Source: an uncultured Collinsella sp. (GTDB taxonomy: Bacteria > Actinomycetota > Coriobacteriia > Coriobacteriales > Coriobacteriaceae). Taken from it: a stretch of DNA of 64,000 nucleotides. A program made the translations under genes and the position numbers. The DNA lies in assembly GCA_938011935.1 (NCBI GenBank), contig CALLSU010000069.1:7106-71105 (forward strand). The letters run 5' to 3'. Positions 32,223 to 42,826 of the stretch are shown piece after piece. The notes under the pieces are model-generated. The model saw nothing but the letters and a program-made list of their open reading frames with translations. It was not told where the DNA came from and searched no databases. The first letter of the stretch is position 1, and each line of letters begins with the position of its first letter.

Positions 32223-33434
32223 TTAGACCAACTTAAAGCCCTTGCGCTTGCCCACGGAGAGGGTGTCGCCCAGCTTGAGGGCGCTCGGATCGATGTTGTA
32301 GCTCTTGGGAGCCACAGCCTTGCCGTTGATCTTGACGCCGCCGCCGTCGATGTCGCGGCGGGCCTGACCGGCGCTGGCCGAAAGGCCCAGGTCCTTGAGC
32401 AGGCCAGCGAGGTAAATCTGGCCCTCGTCGTTGACGGTCAGCTCAACGTGCTTCTCGGGGAAGTCGGCAAGCTGACCCTCCTTGAACACACGGTCGAACT
32501 CGGCCTGAGCCTCGTCGCCGGCGCCAGCACCGTGGTAGGTGTCGCACAGGTCGCGGCCTAGAGCGCGCTTGAGCTCGTAGGGGTCGGCGGAGCCATCGGC
32601 CAGGGCGGCATCGATCTTGTCGACCTCGGCCGGGGTGAGCGAACTGGCCAGACGATAGTACTTGCCAATCATCTCGTCGGGGATGGACATGGTCTTGCCG
32701 AACATATCCTTGGGAGCATCGGTCAGGCCGATGTAGTTGCCATAGGACTTGGACATCTTGCGCACGCCGTCGGTGCCCTCGAGCAGCGGCATGGTGAGCG
32801 CAATCTGCGGCTCCATGCCCATCTTCTCCATGAGCTCGCGGCCGGCGAGCAGGTTGAAGAGCTGGTCGGTGCCGCCCATCTCGACGTCGGCCTTGATCTG
32901 AACGGAGTCGAAGGCCTGCATCACGGGGTACAGAAACTCGTGCAGGGCAATCGGCGTCTGGGACTGGTAGCGCTTGGTAAAGTCGTCGCGCTCAAGGATG
33001 CGAGCGACGGTGAACTTGGAGCACACCTGCAGCAGGCCGGCCAGGTCCATCGAAAGGATCCAGTCGCCGTTGTGCACAATGGTGGTCTTCTCGGGGTCCA
33101 GGATCTTCATGGCCTGGCTCACGTAGGTCTCGGCGTTGGCCTCGATCTGCTCCTGCGAAAGCTGCGGGCGGGTGGAGTTCTTGCCCGAGGGGTCGCCGAT
33201 CAGCGCAGTGCCGTTGCCGATGATAAGGGTGACGTTGTGGCCCAGGTCCTGGAACTGACGCATCTTGCGCAGGGGCACGGCATGGCCCAGGTGCAGGTCG
33301 GGGCTGGTGGGATCGACGCCGAGCTTGATGTTGAGGGGCTCGCCCTTCTCAAGCTTCTTGCGAAGGTCGGCCTCGGGGACGATCTGCGCTGCACCCGAGG
33401 TGATGATACGCATTTGCTCGTCAACAGACAGCAT
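32223..33434 (-). CDS. tyrS: Tyrosine-tRNA ligase
   Basis: GVDPTSPDLHLGH (HIGH motif), GGTDQ, KMSKS, C-terminal S4 domain VGKRK. Confidence 0.96.
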   Translation of the reverse strand: MLSVDEQMRIITSGAAQIVPEADLRKKLEKGEPLNIKLGVDPTSPDLHLGHAVPLRKMRQFQDLGHNVTLIIGNGTALIGDPSGKNSTRPQLSQEQIEANAETYVSQAMKILDPEKTTIVHNGDWILSMDLAGLLQVCSKFTVARILERDDFTKRYQSQTPIALHEFLYPVMQAFDSVQIKADVEMGGTDQLFNLLAGRELMEKMGMEPQIALTMPLLEGTDGVRKMSKSYGNYIGLTDAPKDMFGKTMSIPDEMIGKYYRLASSLTPAEVDKIDAALADGSADPYELKRALGRDLCDTYHGAGAGDEAQAEFDRVFKEGQLADFPEKHVELTVNDEGQIYLAGLLKDLGLSASAGQARRDIDGGGVKINGKAVAPKSYNIDPSALKLGDTLSVGKRKGFKLV

Positions 33435-33531
33435 TGGGTATCCTCCTTTTGCTATAGCACCCTCACCGGATACGGCGGTGCTGGAAGTTCATAAACCCAC
33501 TAATAATAACCAAAACAGCGCGACGCGGCAC

Positions 33532-35535
33532 CTACGACAGGAAAATCCTCGTCCTGCCGCACGCGTCGATAACGACCGGCAAACGCGTGCCGTCACGTTC
33601 GACCAAAAAGCGCGCCTGCTGACGGCGCGAGCAGTCACGGCAACGGACCTGCCCCGTTGCATCCGTGGCGCAGGCGCCCTCGGCAGTCAGCAAGCAGTGC
33701 TCGCATACCATGAGCTCGGGACGGTCGGCATCGACGGGCCCCAAGACACCGGGGCAAGCGGCAAGCTCGGCAACACGTTCCGCATCATTGCCGAGCAACT
33801 CGGCCGACAAGTACACCCGCCCCGCACCGAGTCCGCGCAGCCAGGTAAGCGTGGCCCGATTGGCACAGAACACCGGCGCCGCCACGTCAAACGTTGTGCC
33901 CAGCTCGCGGGCCATCGCCACTTGTCCCAGATTGCGGCAGACGACGCGCCCGGCACGCTGCATAAGCGCCCGAGTCCGCTCGGCGTCGCCCGCGCGGCAC
34001 ACTTCGTCGAGCACCACCGTTGTATCGGACAGATCTCGCTCATCGCGCGGACCCACATCCATCAGCTCCCAAGCAAAGACCATACGAGCAAAATCCTCGC
34101 GCTTTGCCGGCCCCGCCGACCCCGCCAACTCCGTCGACGCACCGCCATCCACCGCAGCGTCCTCAAAGGGCAGCACCTCAACGGCACGCGCAACGGGCGC
34201 AATCGCATCCGCCTCGGCCCGCATGCGCTCCAACACCGCCGCCGTCTGATCCAACACACCGGCGCTGCGAATCAGATAGACCTCGCAGCCCGCGTCCACC
34301 TTACGTTTGCAATGCACAACGATGCGCTCTCCCGCAGCGGCATCCACGGGGCAAGGCACCTGTGGCCAGCGCTTGGGCACATCGGGACGCGCGTCGGCAC
34401 CCGGGTAAAATCGGATTTCGAGCGTATCGCCCGCCGCCACGGCGGCATCAAGCTCAACCGTCACCTCTTCGTGGCCCACAGCGACCAAGCGCCCCACGCG
34501 CACGCCCTGGTTAATTGCACGCTCAAAGCTCATCAGCTCGGCACCCGAACGCCCTCGCAGGTACGCATCGGTAAACCCACGGTTAAACGACCTTCCCAGC
34601 TCGCGCTCAAGCTCTTCCACGGCACCGGGGTCCCACGCGCCGTCGCGCAGCATATCGAGCGCCCGGCGCCAAACCCGCACCACGTTGAATACGTAATCGG
34701 GGTTCTTCATGCGTCCCTCGATCTTGAGCGACGCAACGCCAGCATCTACAAGCTCGGGCAGATGCGCAATACCCAGATAGTCATGCGGACACAGCAGACG
34801 ATCCCCCTCGACGGCGACAACGCTCTGCCCCGCCTCGTCCACTAGGTCGTACGCCAGACGGCACGGCTGTGTGCAGTCGCCGCGCATCGCCGATCGTCCA
34901 CGCCGCAGGGCCGAGAACTCGCACGCCCCCGAATAGCCGATGCAAATCGCACCGTGGCAGAATACCTCGATGGGCACGCCCGTGGCACAGAGCGCCGCAA
35001 TCTCGTCGACCGTCAGCTCGCGTGCCGTCGTCACGTGCTCGACCCCCAGCTCATCGGCGGCAAGCCGCACGGCACCCTCGCTATGAGCGCCCGCCTGCGT
35101 GGACAGGTGAATCTCGACCCCGGGAATCGCCGCGCGCAGCGCGCAGGCCAACCCGGCATCGGCGACAATCAGAGCATCGGCGCCCAGCTCCAGTGCATGA
35201 GCTCCCAACGCCACCGCGTCGGACAACTCATCGTCAAACACGAACACGTTGAGCGTTACGTACACACGCACGCCATGGGCATGCGCCACGGCGCAGCCGC
35301 GCGCAAACTCGTTATCCGTAAAGCCATGGGCGCTCACACGGGCGTTAAAGCCGCCCAACCCCGCATAGATGGCATCGGCGCCCGCGGCGATGGCCGCAAG
35401 CATCTGGTCGAGCCCGCCCGCCGGCGCCAGCAGCTCGGGCAGCGCCGCACCGGCAGCATCCAATCCAGTCTCGTATTGTCCGCTCGGCCCCATCGTCCGA
35501 ATCGCCATCGACAAACTCCTTACCAAGGTATGCAT
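33532..35535 (-). CDS. Peptidase U32-family protein (RlhA/TrhP-like RNA hydroxylation family)
   Basis: PELLAPAG, GADAIY, HLSTQ, EVFCHGAICIGYSGAC, CTQPCR, KIEGRMK; start uncertain. Confidence 0.8.
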   Translation of the reverse strand: MHTLVRSLSMAIRTMGPSGQYETGLDAAGAALPELLAPAGGLDQMLAAIAAGADAIYAGLGGFNARVSAHGFTDNEFARGCAVAHAHGVRVYVTLNVFVFDDELSDAVALGAHALELGADALIVADAGLACALRAAIPGVEIHLSTQAGAHSEGAVRLAADELGVEHVTTARELTVDEIAALCATGVPIEVFCHGAICIGYSGACEFSALRRGRSAMRGDCTQPCRLAYDLVDEAGQSVVAVEGDRLLCPHDYLGIAHLPELVDAGVASLKIEGRMKNPDYVFNVVRVWRRALDMLRDGAWDPGAVEELERELGRSFNRGFTDAYLRGRSGAELMSFERAINQGVRVGRLVAVGHEEVTVELDAAVAAGDTLEIRFYPGADARPDVPKRWPQVPCPVDAAAGERIVVHCKRKVDAGCEVYLIRSAGVLDQTAAVLERMRAEADAIAPVARAVEVLPFEDAAVDGGASTELAGSAGPAKREDFARMVFAWELMDVGPRDERDLSDTTVVLDEVCRAGDAERTRALMQRAGRVVCRNLGQVAMARELGTTFDVAAPVFCANRATLTWLRGLGAGRVYLSAELLGNDAERVAELAACPGVLGPVDADRPELMVCEHCLLTAEGACATDATGQVRCRDCSRRQQARFLVERDGTRLPVVIDACGRTRIFLS

Positions 35536-35670
35536 TCACTCTGAAAAATGCCGTCTTCCAGCATACACGAGGCCTCGCGCGCCCCGTTTGGTTTATCGTG
35601 TAATAACTTATGTCCATCCTGCCCCGACGGCACATCCACCGTCTGGCACGACATACCTGGAGGTCAATAT

Positions 35671-37866
35671 ATGGGTCCTCGCCAACGACAGGGACACAGC
35701 CGTTCAAAGACGCACGCCCTGCCCATAATCCTGCTCTCGTTTTTGGGCTTTCTGCTGATTGCGGGCGTGGCGTTTGGCATCGGCATGGTCGGTAACGTCA
35801 ACCGCTGGCTGTCCGATCTGCCCGACTACACCGACGCCAACGCGTATCTGGTGAGCGAGCCCACCGAGATCGTCGACTGCAACGGCAACAAGATCGCGAG
35901 CTTCTACACGCAAAACCGCAAGTCCATCACCAAGGACGAGGTCTCCCCCTACGTGCTGCAGGGCACCGTTGACGTCGAGGACGAGCGCTTCTACGAGCAC
36001 GGCGGTATCGACCTGTGGGGTATCGCGCGTGCTGCGGTGGCAACCCTCGGCGGCGGACACGAAGGCGCCTCGACGATCACCCAGCAGCTTGTGCGCAACA
36101 CCATCCTGCAGGAGGAGCAATTCGACTCGACCATTGAGCGTAAGGTGCGCGAGGCCTACATCGCCATCAAGATGGAGGACATGTACTCCAAAGACGAGAT
36201 CCTCATGATGTACCTCAACACCATCTATTACGGCCACGGCGCCTACGGCATCGAGGCCGCAGCCGAGACCTACCTATCCAAGAGCGCCGCCGACCTCACC
36301 CTGAGCGAGGCCGCGCTACTCATCGGCCTTCCCAACTCGCCCTCGCAGTACGACCCCACGGTCAATCCCGATCTGGCACTGTCTCGCCGCAACAAGGTTC
36401 TCGACAACATGCTGCGCCTGGGCCACATCACCCAGGAGGAGCACGATGCCGCACAGGCCGAGCCCATCACCCTCAACGTGACCGAAATCTCGGGCAGCGG
36501 CGTCGACATTTACTCGCAGCCCTACTTTGTCTCCTACGTCAAGCAGCTGCTGGAGCAGGAGTTCTCGACCGACGTGCTCTTTAAGGGCGGCCTGACCGTC
36601 AAGACCACCATCGACCCCACGATGCAGCAGGTGGCAGAGAATGCCGTCCGCGAGCAGCTCGACACGCTCTCGCTTGACGGCCTGGACATGGGCATGGTCG
36701 TCGTCGACCCCAAGACCGGCTACATCAAGTGCATGGTGGGCGGCTACGACTACAACGCCGACGAGAACCACGTAAACCATGCCACGGCCAAGCGTCCCGT
36801 CGGCTCCACCTTTAAGGCCTTTACGCTGGCAACTGCCATCCAAAACGGCATGAACCCCAACGTCACCCTCAACTGCAACTCGCCGCTCAAGGCCAAGGGC
36901 ACCACGACTGAGGTCCAAAATTACGCCAACCAGAGCTATGGCAACATCACGCTTAAGCAGGCGACGGCATACTCCTCCAACACCGGCTACATCCAGGTGG
37001 CGGAAGCCGTCGGCAACAGCAAGATCATCTCGCTCGTCAAAAAGCTCGGCATCGACCCCGCCAAGGACAACATCGAGGACGTTCCCGTCATGACCCTCGG
37101 CACCGGCTCGATCTCCCCGCTCGAGATGGCCGCCGCCTACGCGACGTTTGCCAACGGCGGCTACTATCGCCAGCCGATCGCCATCACCGAGATTGACTCT
37201 CGTACCGGTTCGGTGCTGTACCAGCACACCGACAATCCCTCACAGGTGCTTACCGAGGGCGAGGCCGCCGCGGTCACCGATGTTCTGTCCGGCGTCATGA
37301 AGGGCAGCGGTACGGGTGCTGCCGGCGCCCTGAGTGTCAACCAGCCCTATGCCGGCAAGACGGGCACCACCGACAACACCACCAACCTGTGGTTCTGCGG
37401 CTATACCCCGCAGCTGGCGTGCGCCCTGTGGACCGGCTATTCCGCGGGCGAGATCCCCATCCAAAAGTACGGCACGGACCTGCTGGGCGACAGCACCAAC
37501 CTGCCTGTCTTTAAGCGGTTTATGAACACCGTTCTGACCGGTACCGAGCGCGAGGAGTTTGCGACCGGAACGGCGCCCACCTACAAGAACAACAGCGTCT
37601 GGAAGTTCTACGGCACCAACAACACCAAGAAGTCGGAGAACGACGACAAGGACAAGGACGAAGAGGAAGAGGAAACCACCACGACGACCACGACGACCAC
37701 GACCACCGAGACCACGGGTGGCGACACCACCGGCGGCACCGGTACGACCGGTGGCTCGACGGGCGGCTCCACTGGTGGTTCGACCGGCGGCGATGGCGGC
37801 ACGCCTACGCCTACGCCTACGCCCACTCCCGACCCCTCGCCCACGCCTGACGATACGGTCGGCTAA
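35671..37866 (+). CDS. Class A penicillin-binding protein (transglycosylase + transpeptidase)
   Basis: EDERFYEHGG, GASTITQQL, RKVRE; STFK, SSN and KTG transpeptidase motifs; GGAGG RBS before ATG 35671. Confidence 0.93.
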   Translation: MGPRQRQGHSRSKTHALPIILLSFLGFLLIAGVAFGIGMVGNVNRWLSDLPDYTDANAYLVSEPTEIVDCNGNKIASFYTQNRKSITKDEVSPYVLQGTVDVEDERFYEHGGIDLWGIARAAVATLGGGHEGASTITQQLVRNTILQEEQFDSTIERKVREAYIAIKMEDMYSKDEILMMYLNTIYYGHGAYGIEAAAETYLSKSAADLTLSEAALLIGLPNSPSQYDPTVNPDLALSRRNKVLDNMLRLGHITQEEHDAAQAEPITLNVTEISGSGVDIYSQPYFVSYVKQLLEQEFSTDVLFKGGLTVKTTIDPTMQQVAENAVREQLDTLSLDGLDMGMVVVDPKTGYIKCMVGGYDYNADENHVNHATAKRPVGSTFKAFTLATAIQNGMNPNVTLNCNSPLKAKGTTTEVQNYANQSYGNITLKQATAYSSNTGYIQVAEAVGNSKIISLVKKLGIDPAKDNIEDVPVMTLGTGSISPLEMAAAYATFANGGYYRQPIAITEIDSRTGSVLYQHTDNPSQVLTEGEAAAVTDVLSGVMKGSGTGAAGALSVNQPYAGKTGTTDNTTNLWFCGYTPQLACALWTGYSAGEIPIQKYGTDLLGDSTNLPVFKRFMNTVLTGTEREEFATGTAPTYKNNSVWKFYGTNNTKKSENDDKDKDEEEEETTTTTTTTTTTETTGGDTTGGTGTTGGSTGGSTGGSTGGDGGTPTPTPTPTPDPSPTPDDTVG
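37675..37848 (+). repeat. Low-complexity coding repeats (poly-Thr, GGST, PT) in the PBP tail
   Basis: Tandem ACC/ACG codons and ACGCCT hexamers. Confidence 0.7.
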
Positions 37867-37888
37867 GAAGTACGCGACTAAAGCCAAC

Positions 37889-37928
37889 AAGGCCCCGAGC
37901 AGCTTATTGAACTGCTCGGGGCCTTTTA
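37889..37928 (+). terminator. Intrinsic terminator after the PBP gene
   Basis: AAGGCCCCGAGCAG...CTGCTCGGGGCCTTTT. Confidence 0.75.
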
Positions 37929-38049
37929 GTTTGAAGCGACTGGGCGGTCGTTATACCAGCAAACAAAAAAAGGGGGTACCGACCAACGTCGACACCCCTT
38001 ACAAGCCACTATGTAAGCGCACGCAGTGCCGAGCGCACGACCCGCACGC

Positions 38050-38487
38050 CTACTTGCGAGAATTGCTCAGCTTATTGATCAGCGCCTCGAGACGCTCGCC
38101 GTCCTCGGCCGTCTGGGCAATAACCAAAATCGTATCGTTGCCGGCAAGCGAGCCAAGCACATCGGGCAACTCTGCCGCATCAACGGCGGCGGCGATGCCG
38201 GAAGCCGTGCCAGGCTGAGCCTTGATCATAACCAGATTATCGGTACGCAGAACGCCCGTTACGAGCTCGGAAACCATGCGCTGCAGGTGCAGGTCCTCTG
38301 CCAGAACATAGATGCCCTCAGGGAGCTTACGCAGCCCCATATCGGCAATATCGCGAGAGACAGTCGCCTGCGTGCAATCAAAGCCCATAGCACGGAGCTC
38401 ATCGACCAGCACACGCTGCGTGCGGACGTCCTTATTGCGCACAATATCTCTAATGGCATCCTGGCGCCCATTGCGTTTTTTAGCCAT
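38050..38487 (-). CDS. argR: Arginine repressor
   Basis: TQ..LV..L, TQATVSRDI, PGTA, LGSLAGNDT; start trimmed to ATG 38487. Confidence 0.92.
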   Translation of the reverse strand: MAKKRNGRQDAIRDIVRNKDVRTQRVLVDELRAMGFDCTQATVSRDIADMGLRKLPEGIYVLAEDLHLQRMVSELVTGVLRTDNLVMIKAQPGTASGIAAAVDAAELPDVLGSLAGNDTILVIAQTAEDGERLEALINKLSNSRK

Positions 38488-38619
38488 ACAAACCCTCACT
38501 CCAAAAGATGGCGGAGACAATCAATCAGTGATTGTATAGTTTAACGCTATTTGAAGGCTTTTGTGTATAAGAACGCATTTCGAAACAATTCTATGCAAGT
38601 TTGTTTCGTAATGAGCCGT

Positions 38620-39660
38620 TTAGGCGGTTTTTGCGCCCGTCCGGTTAAGAAAAGCTGCCAGATGCGTACACATCACGCAACGCGCGGGCTTGGCGCTAGC
38701 GATCGGCCCAAACAACAGACCGAGCCCCCGATGGTTATCCTTGAGCGCGGCGACCATCTGACGGGTTCGAGGCGCCTCGAGCATATCACGCATGCGGGCG
38801 GAACGCTCGATTGACGACACCCCATGCGGGCTCAGACACAAATTCTCGATGCAGGCGACCAGTCCGGCAAAGTAGAACTTTTGGCTTGCCAGCTTGAGCC
38901 GGCCACCGCTATCTGCTTCCGAGAGTGAGTCCGCAAGCTCGTCGAGTGCTCGGGTGTCATCGGATACCCTGGCATACATGGTGGGATCAAAGGCATCTGT
39001 AAGCTTAGGCGCCACCGCGTGGAAACAAGCGTCGCCGCATCCGGAGACGCGCTGCGCCTGCGAGAGCGCGCATGCCATAAACCCAACTGTGCGAAACGCC
39101 TTGTCGCACAAAAGGCATGCCTCAAACAGCGGACGGCTATACATCACGCCAGAGACTTGAGCAACCAAGCCGCCTAAAATCAACTGAGGCAGCCCGGCCA
39201 CCATCGAAGACTTGTCTTCAATGACAATAGAGGCAGCATCCAAGACACGCGAATGGCGCTCTCGATGTGCATCATAGCGGTCGAGCGACACCGTGGGGAA
39301 CACTATGTCTGCCGCAGTATCGCACGCGATATCGACCATCTTGGAAAGGGATTGCGGAGCAAACCACTCATCGGCGTTCATGGCGATGATTTGAGAGCCG
39401 CGCGAGGCAGCAAAACCGGCACGAAGACACGCGCCGGGCGTCGCGTCCTCGACGTCAATCAAATCAATATGGATGTCCCTGTCGGCAGCAACTTGAAGCG
39501 AATGGCGCACACCGGGCGCAGTATCGCGACAGACAACGACAATCTGCAAATCGTAGAGGTCTTGGTTCTGGATACTCTCGAGCGCACGCATCGCATAGCT
39601 GGGCGAACCTTCTACCACAAGGATCACCGAAAGTCGCGGATGCGAGCCACGTCGAACCAA
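38620..39660 (-). CDS. Glycosyltransferase family 2-like protein (divergent)
   Basis: LSVILVV..RALESIQNQ, G..ASRG..I..MNADEW GT-A-like N-terminus. Confidence 0.6.
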   Translation of the reverse strand: MVRRGSHPRLSVILVVEGSPSYAMRALESIQNQDLYDLQIVVVCRDTAPGVRHSLQVAADRDIHIDLIDVEDATPGACLRAGFAASRGSQIIAMNADEWFAPQSLSKMVDIACDTAADIVFPTVSLDRYDAHRERHSRVLDAASIVIEDKSSMVAGLPQLILGGLVAQVSGVMYSRPLFEACLLCDKAFRTVGFMACALSQAQRVSGCGDACFHAVAPKLTDAFDPTMYARVSDDTRALDELADSLSEADSGGRLKLASQKFYFAGLVACIENLCLSPHGVSSIERSARMRDMLEAPRTRQMVAALKDNHRGLGLLFGPIASAKPARCVMCTHLAAFLNRTGAKTA

Positions 39661-39821
39661 ATTATCCGTCCTCTCGACAGCAATGAATCAAACCGTGGTT
39701 CATGGTACACCCCGGCAATAAAAGCAATGAGACACCGGTTGCATTGCACGCCAAGAACAGATGTTGCACACGCGCAGCCCACAGATGACAGGTGTCGACG
39801 CACGACACGTCGAGCCCTACC

Positions 39822-40646
39822 CTAGTCGAGCACGACAAGCTCGGCGGGATCGTAATCCACACCCATAAACGTAAGGCCGCAGGCAGGAGCCGTGGGGCCC
39901 GCAGCGGTGCGGTCGCAAGCATCGATAACCTCGCGCATCCACTCGGGTTCACGGCGATGCATGCCAATCTCGACAAGCGTGCCCACGATCGTACGGACCA
40001 TCGAATGCAGAAACGCATTGCCCTCGATGGTGAACGTCAGGATGTCCTCGCCAAACGCAACCTCATGGCCAAATTCGGCACACATCACGCAGCGATGCGT
40101 GGGCTTGCCAACGGCCGAAGCGACCTTGCAAAAGCTTTTAAAGTCCTGCTCGCCCAGCAGTGCGGGGCAGGCAGCAGACATAGCCTCAACATCCAAGGGA
40201 TAGCGATGCCACCACACGGCACCGCGGGACAGCACAGGGCGCGCATCTCGATCGGCAATGCGGTATGTATACGTACGGGAACGCGCGTCAAAACGCGCAG
40301 AAAAGCCTTTACGGGCCTTGTAGACCTCGTTAATGGCGATATCTTTGGGCAGCAGGGCATCCATAGCCCGCAGCCACCTACGGCGCGTACAAGCGAGCTC
40401 AGCGTCCGTTACGGGCACGCTGATGTACTGAGCCACGGCATGCACGCCGGCATCGGTACGCCCAGCGCACGTCAGATCGACCGGGCGGCGAAGCAGCGTC
40501 TCGATGGCTCGACGTAGCTCACCCGCAACCGTCGTCTGTCCCGGCTGCTCGGCAAATCCGCTATACGACGAGCCATCATAGGCCACGCGAAATACGAGTG
40601 TGGCGTCAAGCTCGGAAATCGAATTGAAATCAAACGGCGCGGTCAT
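39822..40646 (-). CDS. truA: tRNA pseudouridine(38-40) synthase
   Basis: AYDG, AGRTDAGVHA, ARFDA, DFKSF, FLHSMVR, TAPACGL. Confidence 0.95.
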   Translation of the reverse strand: MTAPFDFNSISELDATLVFRVAYDGSSYSGFAEQPGQTTVAGELRRAIETLLRRPVDLTCAGRTDAGVHAVAQYISVPVTDAELACTRRRWLRAMDALLPKDIAINEVYKARKGFSARFDARSRTYTYRIADRDARPVLSRGAVWWHRYPLDVEAMSAACPALLGEQDFKSFCKVASAVGKPTHRCVMCAEFGHEVAFGEDILTFTIEGNAFLHSMVRTIVGTLVEIGMHRREPEWMREVIDACDRTAAGPTAPACGLTFMGVDYDPAELVVLD

Positions 40647-40681
40647 GGGCGCTCCCAACAAACAAGCAACGGTATCGCGAC

Positions 40682-40712
40682 AAAAAAAGAGGGGTACGCG
40701 AACGTACCCCTC
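40682..40712 (-). terminator. Terminator of the alpha operon
   Basis: GAGGGGTACG-TTCG-CGTACCCCTC plus T7 on the minus strand. Confidence 0.8.
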
Positions 40713-40738
40713 GAATATAGCCTATGCAGACGGAATGT

Positions 40739-41206
40739 CTACTCAGCGGTCTCCTCGGCAGCAGTCTCCTCGACAGCCTCGACCTTCTTGGGAGCAGCGG
40801 CCTTCTTGGGGGCCGGAGCAGCCTTCTTGGCCTTAGGCGTGCAAGGCTCGGTGACGAGCTCCATGATAACGATGGGAGCGTTATCGCCCTTACGATTACC
40901 GAGCTTCATGATGCGGGTGTAACCGCCGTTGCGGTCCTGCCACATGCCCTGAGCAGCCTTGTCGAAGATCTCGGCAACGAGCTGCTTATCGCCGAGCTTG
41001 GCGATAGCCAGACGACGAGAGTGCAGGTCGCCCTTCTTGGCCCAGGTGATGATCGGATCGACGACCGAACGCAGCGCCTTAGCGCGGGTCTCGGTGGTCT
41101 TGATGCGGTCGTTCTCGAAGAGGGCCTTAGCAAGGCTCTTCTTCATGGCCTTGGTGTGGCTCGCATCGGTGCCGAGCTTCAGGCCCTTCTTAACGTTGTG
41201 ACGCAT
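40739..41206 (-). CDS. rplQ: 50S ribosomal protein L17
   Basis: MRH, IKTTETRAK, RNGGYTRI, RKGDNA. Confidence 0.96.
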   Translation of the reverse strand: MRHNVKKGLKLGTDASHTKAMKKSLAKALFENDRIKTTETRAKALRSVVDPIITWAKKGDLHSRRLAIAKLGDKQLVAEIFDKAAQGMWQDRNGGYTRIMKLGNRKGDNAPIVIMELVTEPCTPKAKKAAPAPKKAAAPKKVEAVEETAAEETAE

Positions 41207-41236
41207 GGTCTAGTTTCTCCTCAAATATGCGAAGCA

Positions 41237-42178
41237 TTAAGCCTTCAGGCTCAGGCCCATGGACTCAAGCTTGTCCTTCACTTCCTCGATCGACTTAACA
41301 CCGAAGTTACGGATGTTGAGCAGATCGTTCTCCGAGAACTCAACGAGCTGACGGACCGAGTGAATGCTGGCGCGCTTAAGGCAGTTGTAGGAACGGACGG
41401 AAAGGTCCAGATCCTCGATCTGCTTGTCCAGCTCGGCGTTGTCGTTGGTGACCTCGGGAGCGAAGATCGAAGCCTCCTCCTCGACCTCGGGGGTCTCGGC
41501 AAGGTTCATAAAGGCGGCCATATGTTGGTTGATGATATTGGCAGCCTGGACCACGGCGTCGCGCGGGGCGATGGAGCCGTTGGTCTCGATCTCGAGGACA
41601 AGGCGGTCGTAGTCGGTGTGCTGACCGACACGGCAAGCCTCAACGAGCTTGGCGCAACGGGAAACCGGCGAGTACAGCGAGTCGACGTGGATCACACCGA
41701 TGGGATCGTTGTCGCGCTTGTTGGCCTCGCCAGAAACATAGCCGCGGCCATAGCCGATGCGCATGCTCATGGTGAGATGGCCACCCTCGGTGAGCGTAGC
41801 GATGTGCTGCTCGGGGTTGACCAGCTCAAACTCGGACGGAATAAAGAAGTCCGCACCGGTGACCTCGCAGGGGCCGTCAACCGAGATGGTGGCGGTCGCC
41901 TCGTCGGTCGTGCCGAGAGCCCTGAAGACAAGACCCTTGACATTCAGGACGATGTCGGTGACATCCTCGACCATGTTAGGGATGGTCATGAACTCGTGCT
42001 GCGCACCATCGATCTGAATAGCCTCGACGGCGGCACCCTCGAGCGAGGACAGAAGAACGCGACGAAGGGAGTTACCCAGCGTATCGCCGTAACCACGCTC
42101 GAGCGGCTCGACGGAGACACGAGCAGACGTCTCGTTGATCTCTTCGACCTGAACCTGAGGCCTAATGAATTCTGACAT
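41237..42178 (-). CDS. rpoA: RNA polymerase alpha subunit
   Basis: EPLERGYG.TLGNSLRRVLLSS, LSVRSYNCLKRA, RNFGVKS. Confidence 0.97.
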   Translation of the reverse strand: MSEFIRPQVQVEEINETSARVSVEPLERGYGDTLGNSLRRVLLSSLEGAAVEAIQIDGAQHEFMTIPNMVEDVTDIVLNVKGLVFRALGTTDEATATISVDGPCEVTGADFFIPSEFELVNPEQHIATLTEGGHLTMSMRIGYGRGYVSGEANKRDNDPIGVIHVDSLYSPVSRCAKLVEACRVGQHTDYDRLVLEIETNGSIAPRDAVVQAANIINQHMAAFMNLAETPEVEEEASIFAPEVTNDNAELDKQIEDLDLSVRSYNCLKRASIHSVRQLVEFSENDLLNIRNFGVKSIEEVKDKLESMGLSLKA

Positions 42179-42210
42179 GTATTACCTCCAGCCTCAGCAG
42201 CCCGGATGGA

Positions 42211-42807
42211 CTACTTAGAGTAGAGCTCGACGATGAGCTGCTCGTTGATATCACCGCTGATCTGCTCACGCGTCGGCAGAGCGAGCACGTTACCAGACAG
42301 CTTCTCGATATCGACCTCGAGCCAGCCAGGGACCTCAAAGCGCTCGGAGGAAATCAGGGCCTCCTTGATGGGGAGGAGGTCACGGAACTTCTCGCCGACA
42401 GCGACGACGTCGCCGGCCTTGACGCGGTAGGACGGGATGTCCACGCGCTTGCCGTTCACGGTGAAGTGACCGTGACGGACGGACTGACGAGCCTCTTTGC
42501 GGGTGCGGGCGAAGCCAAGACGGAAGACGACGTTGTCGAGGCGAGACTCAAGGATGATCATGAGGTTCTCACCGGTGACGCCGTTCATCTTGCGGGCCTT
42601 GTTGAAGTAGCCGTGGAACTGCTTCTCCAGAACGCCATAGATGAACTTGACCTTCTGCTTCTCGCGCAGCTGCATGCCGTACTCAGATTCCTTGCGACGG
42701 CGCTTGGGCTGACGGATAGATTCCTTCTTGCTGCTGTAACCGAGCTCAGCGGGATCGATCCCGAGCTGACGGCAGCGCTTAAGAACAGGAGTCCTGTCGA
42801 TTGCCAT
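42211..42807 (-). CDS. rpsD: 30S ribosomal protein S4
   Basis: SEYGMQLREKQK, LESRLDNVVFRLG, LIVELYSK. Confidence 0.97.
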   Translation of the reverse strand: MAIDRTPVLKRCRQLGIDPAELGYSSKKESIRQPKRRRKESEYGMQLREKQKVKFIYGVLEKQFHGYFNKARKMNGVTGENLMIILESRLDNVVFRLGFARTRKEARQSVRHGHFTVNGKRVDIPSYRVKAGDVVAVGEKFRDLLPIKEALISSERFEVPGWLEVDIEKLSGNVLALPTREQISGDINEQLIVELYSK

Positions 42808-42826
42808 ATTGATACGATCCTTTCAG

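Noticed and set aside
33435..33531. T-box leader upstream of tyrS
   Set aside because: The gap is under 100 nt, with no T-box motif or terminator/antiterminator
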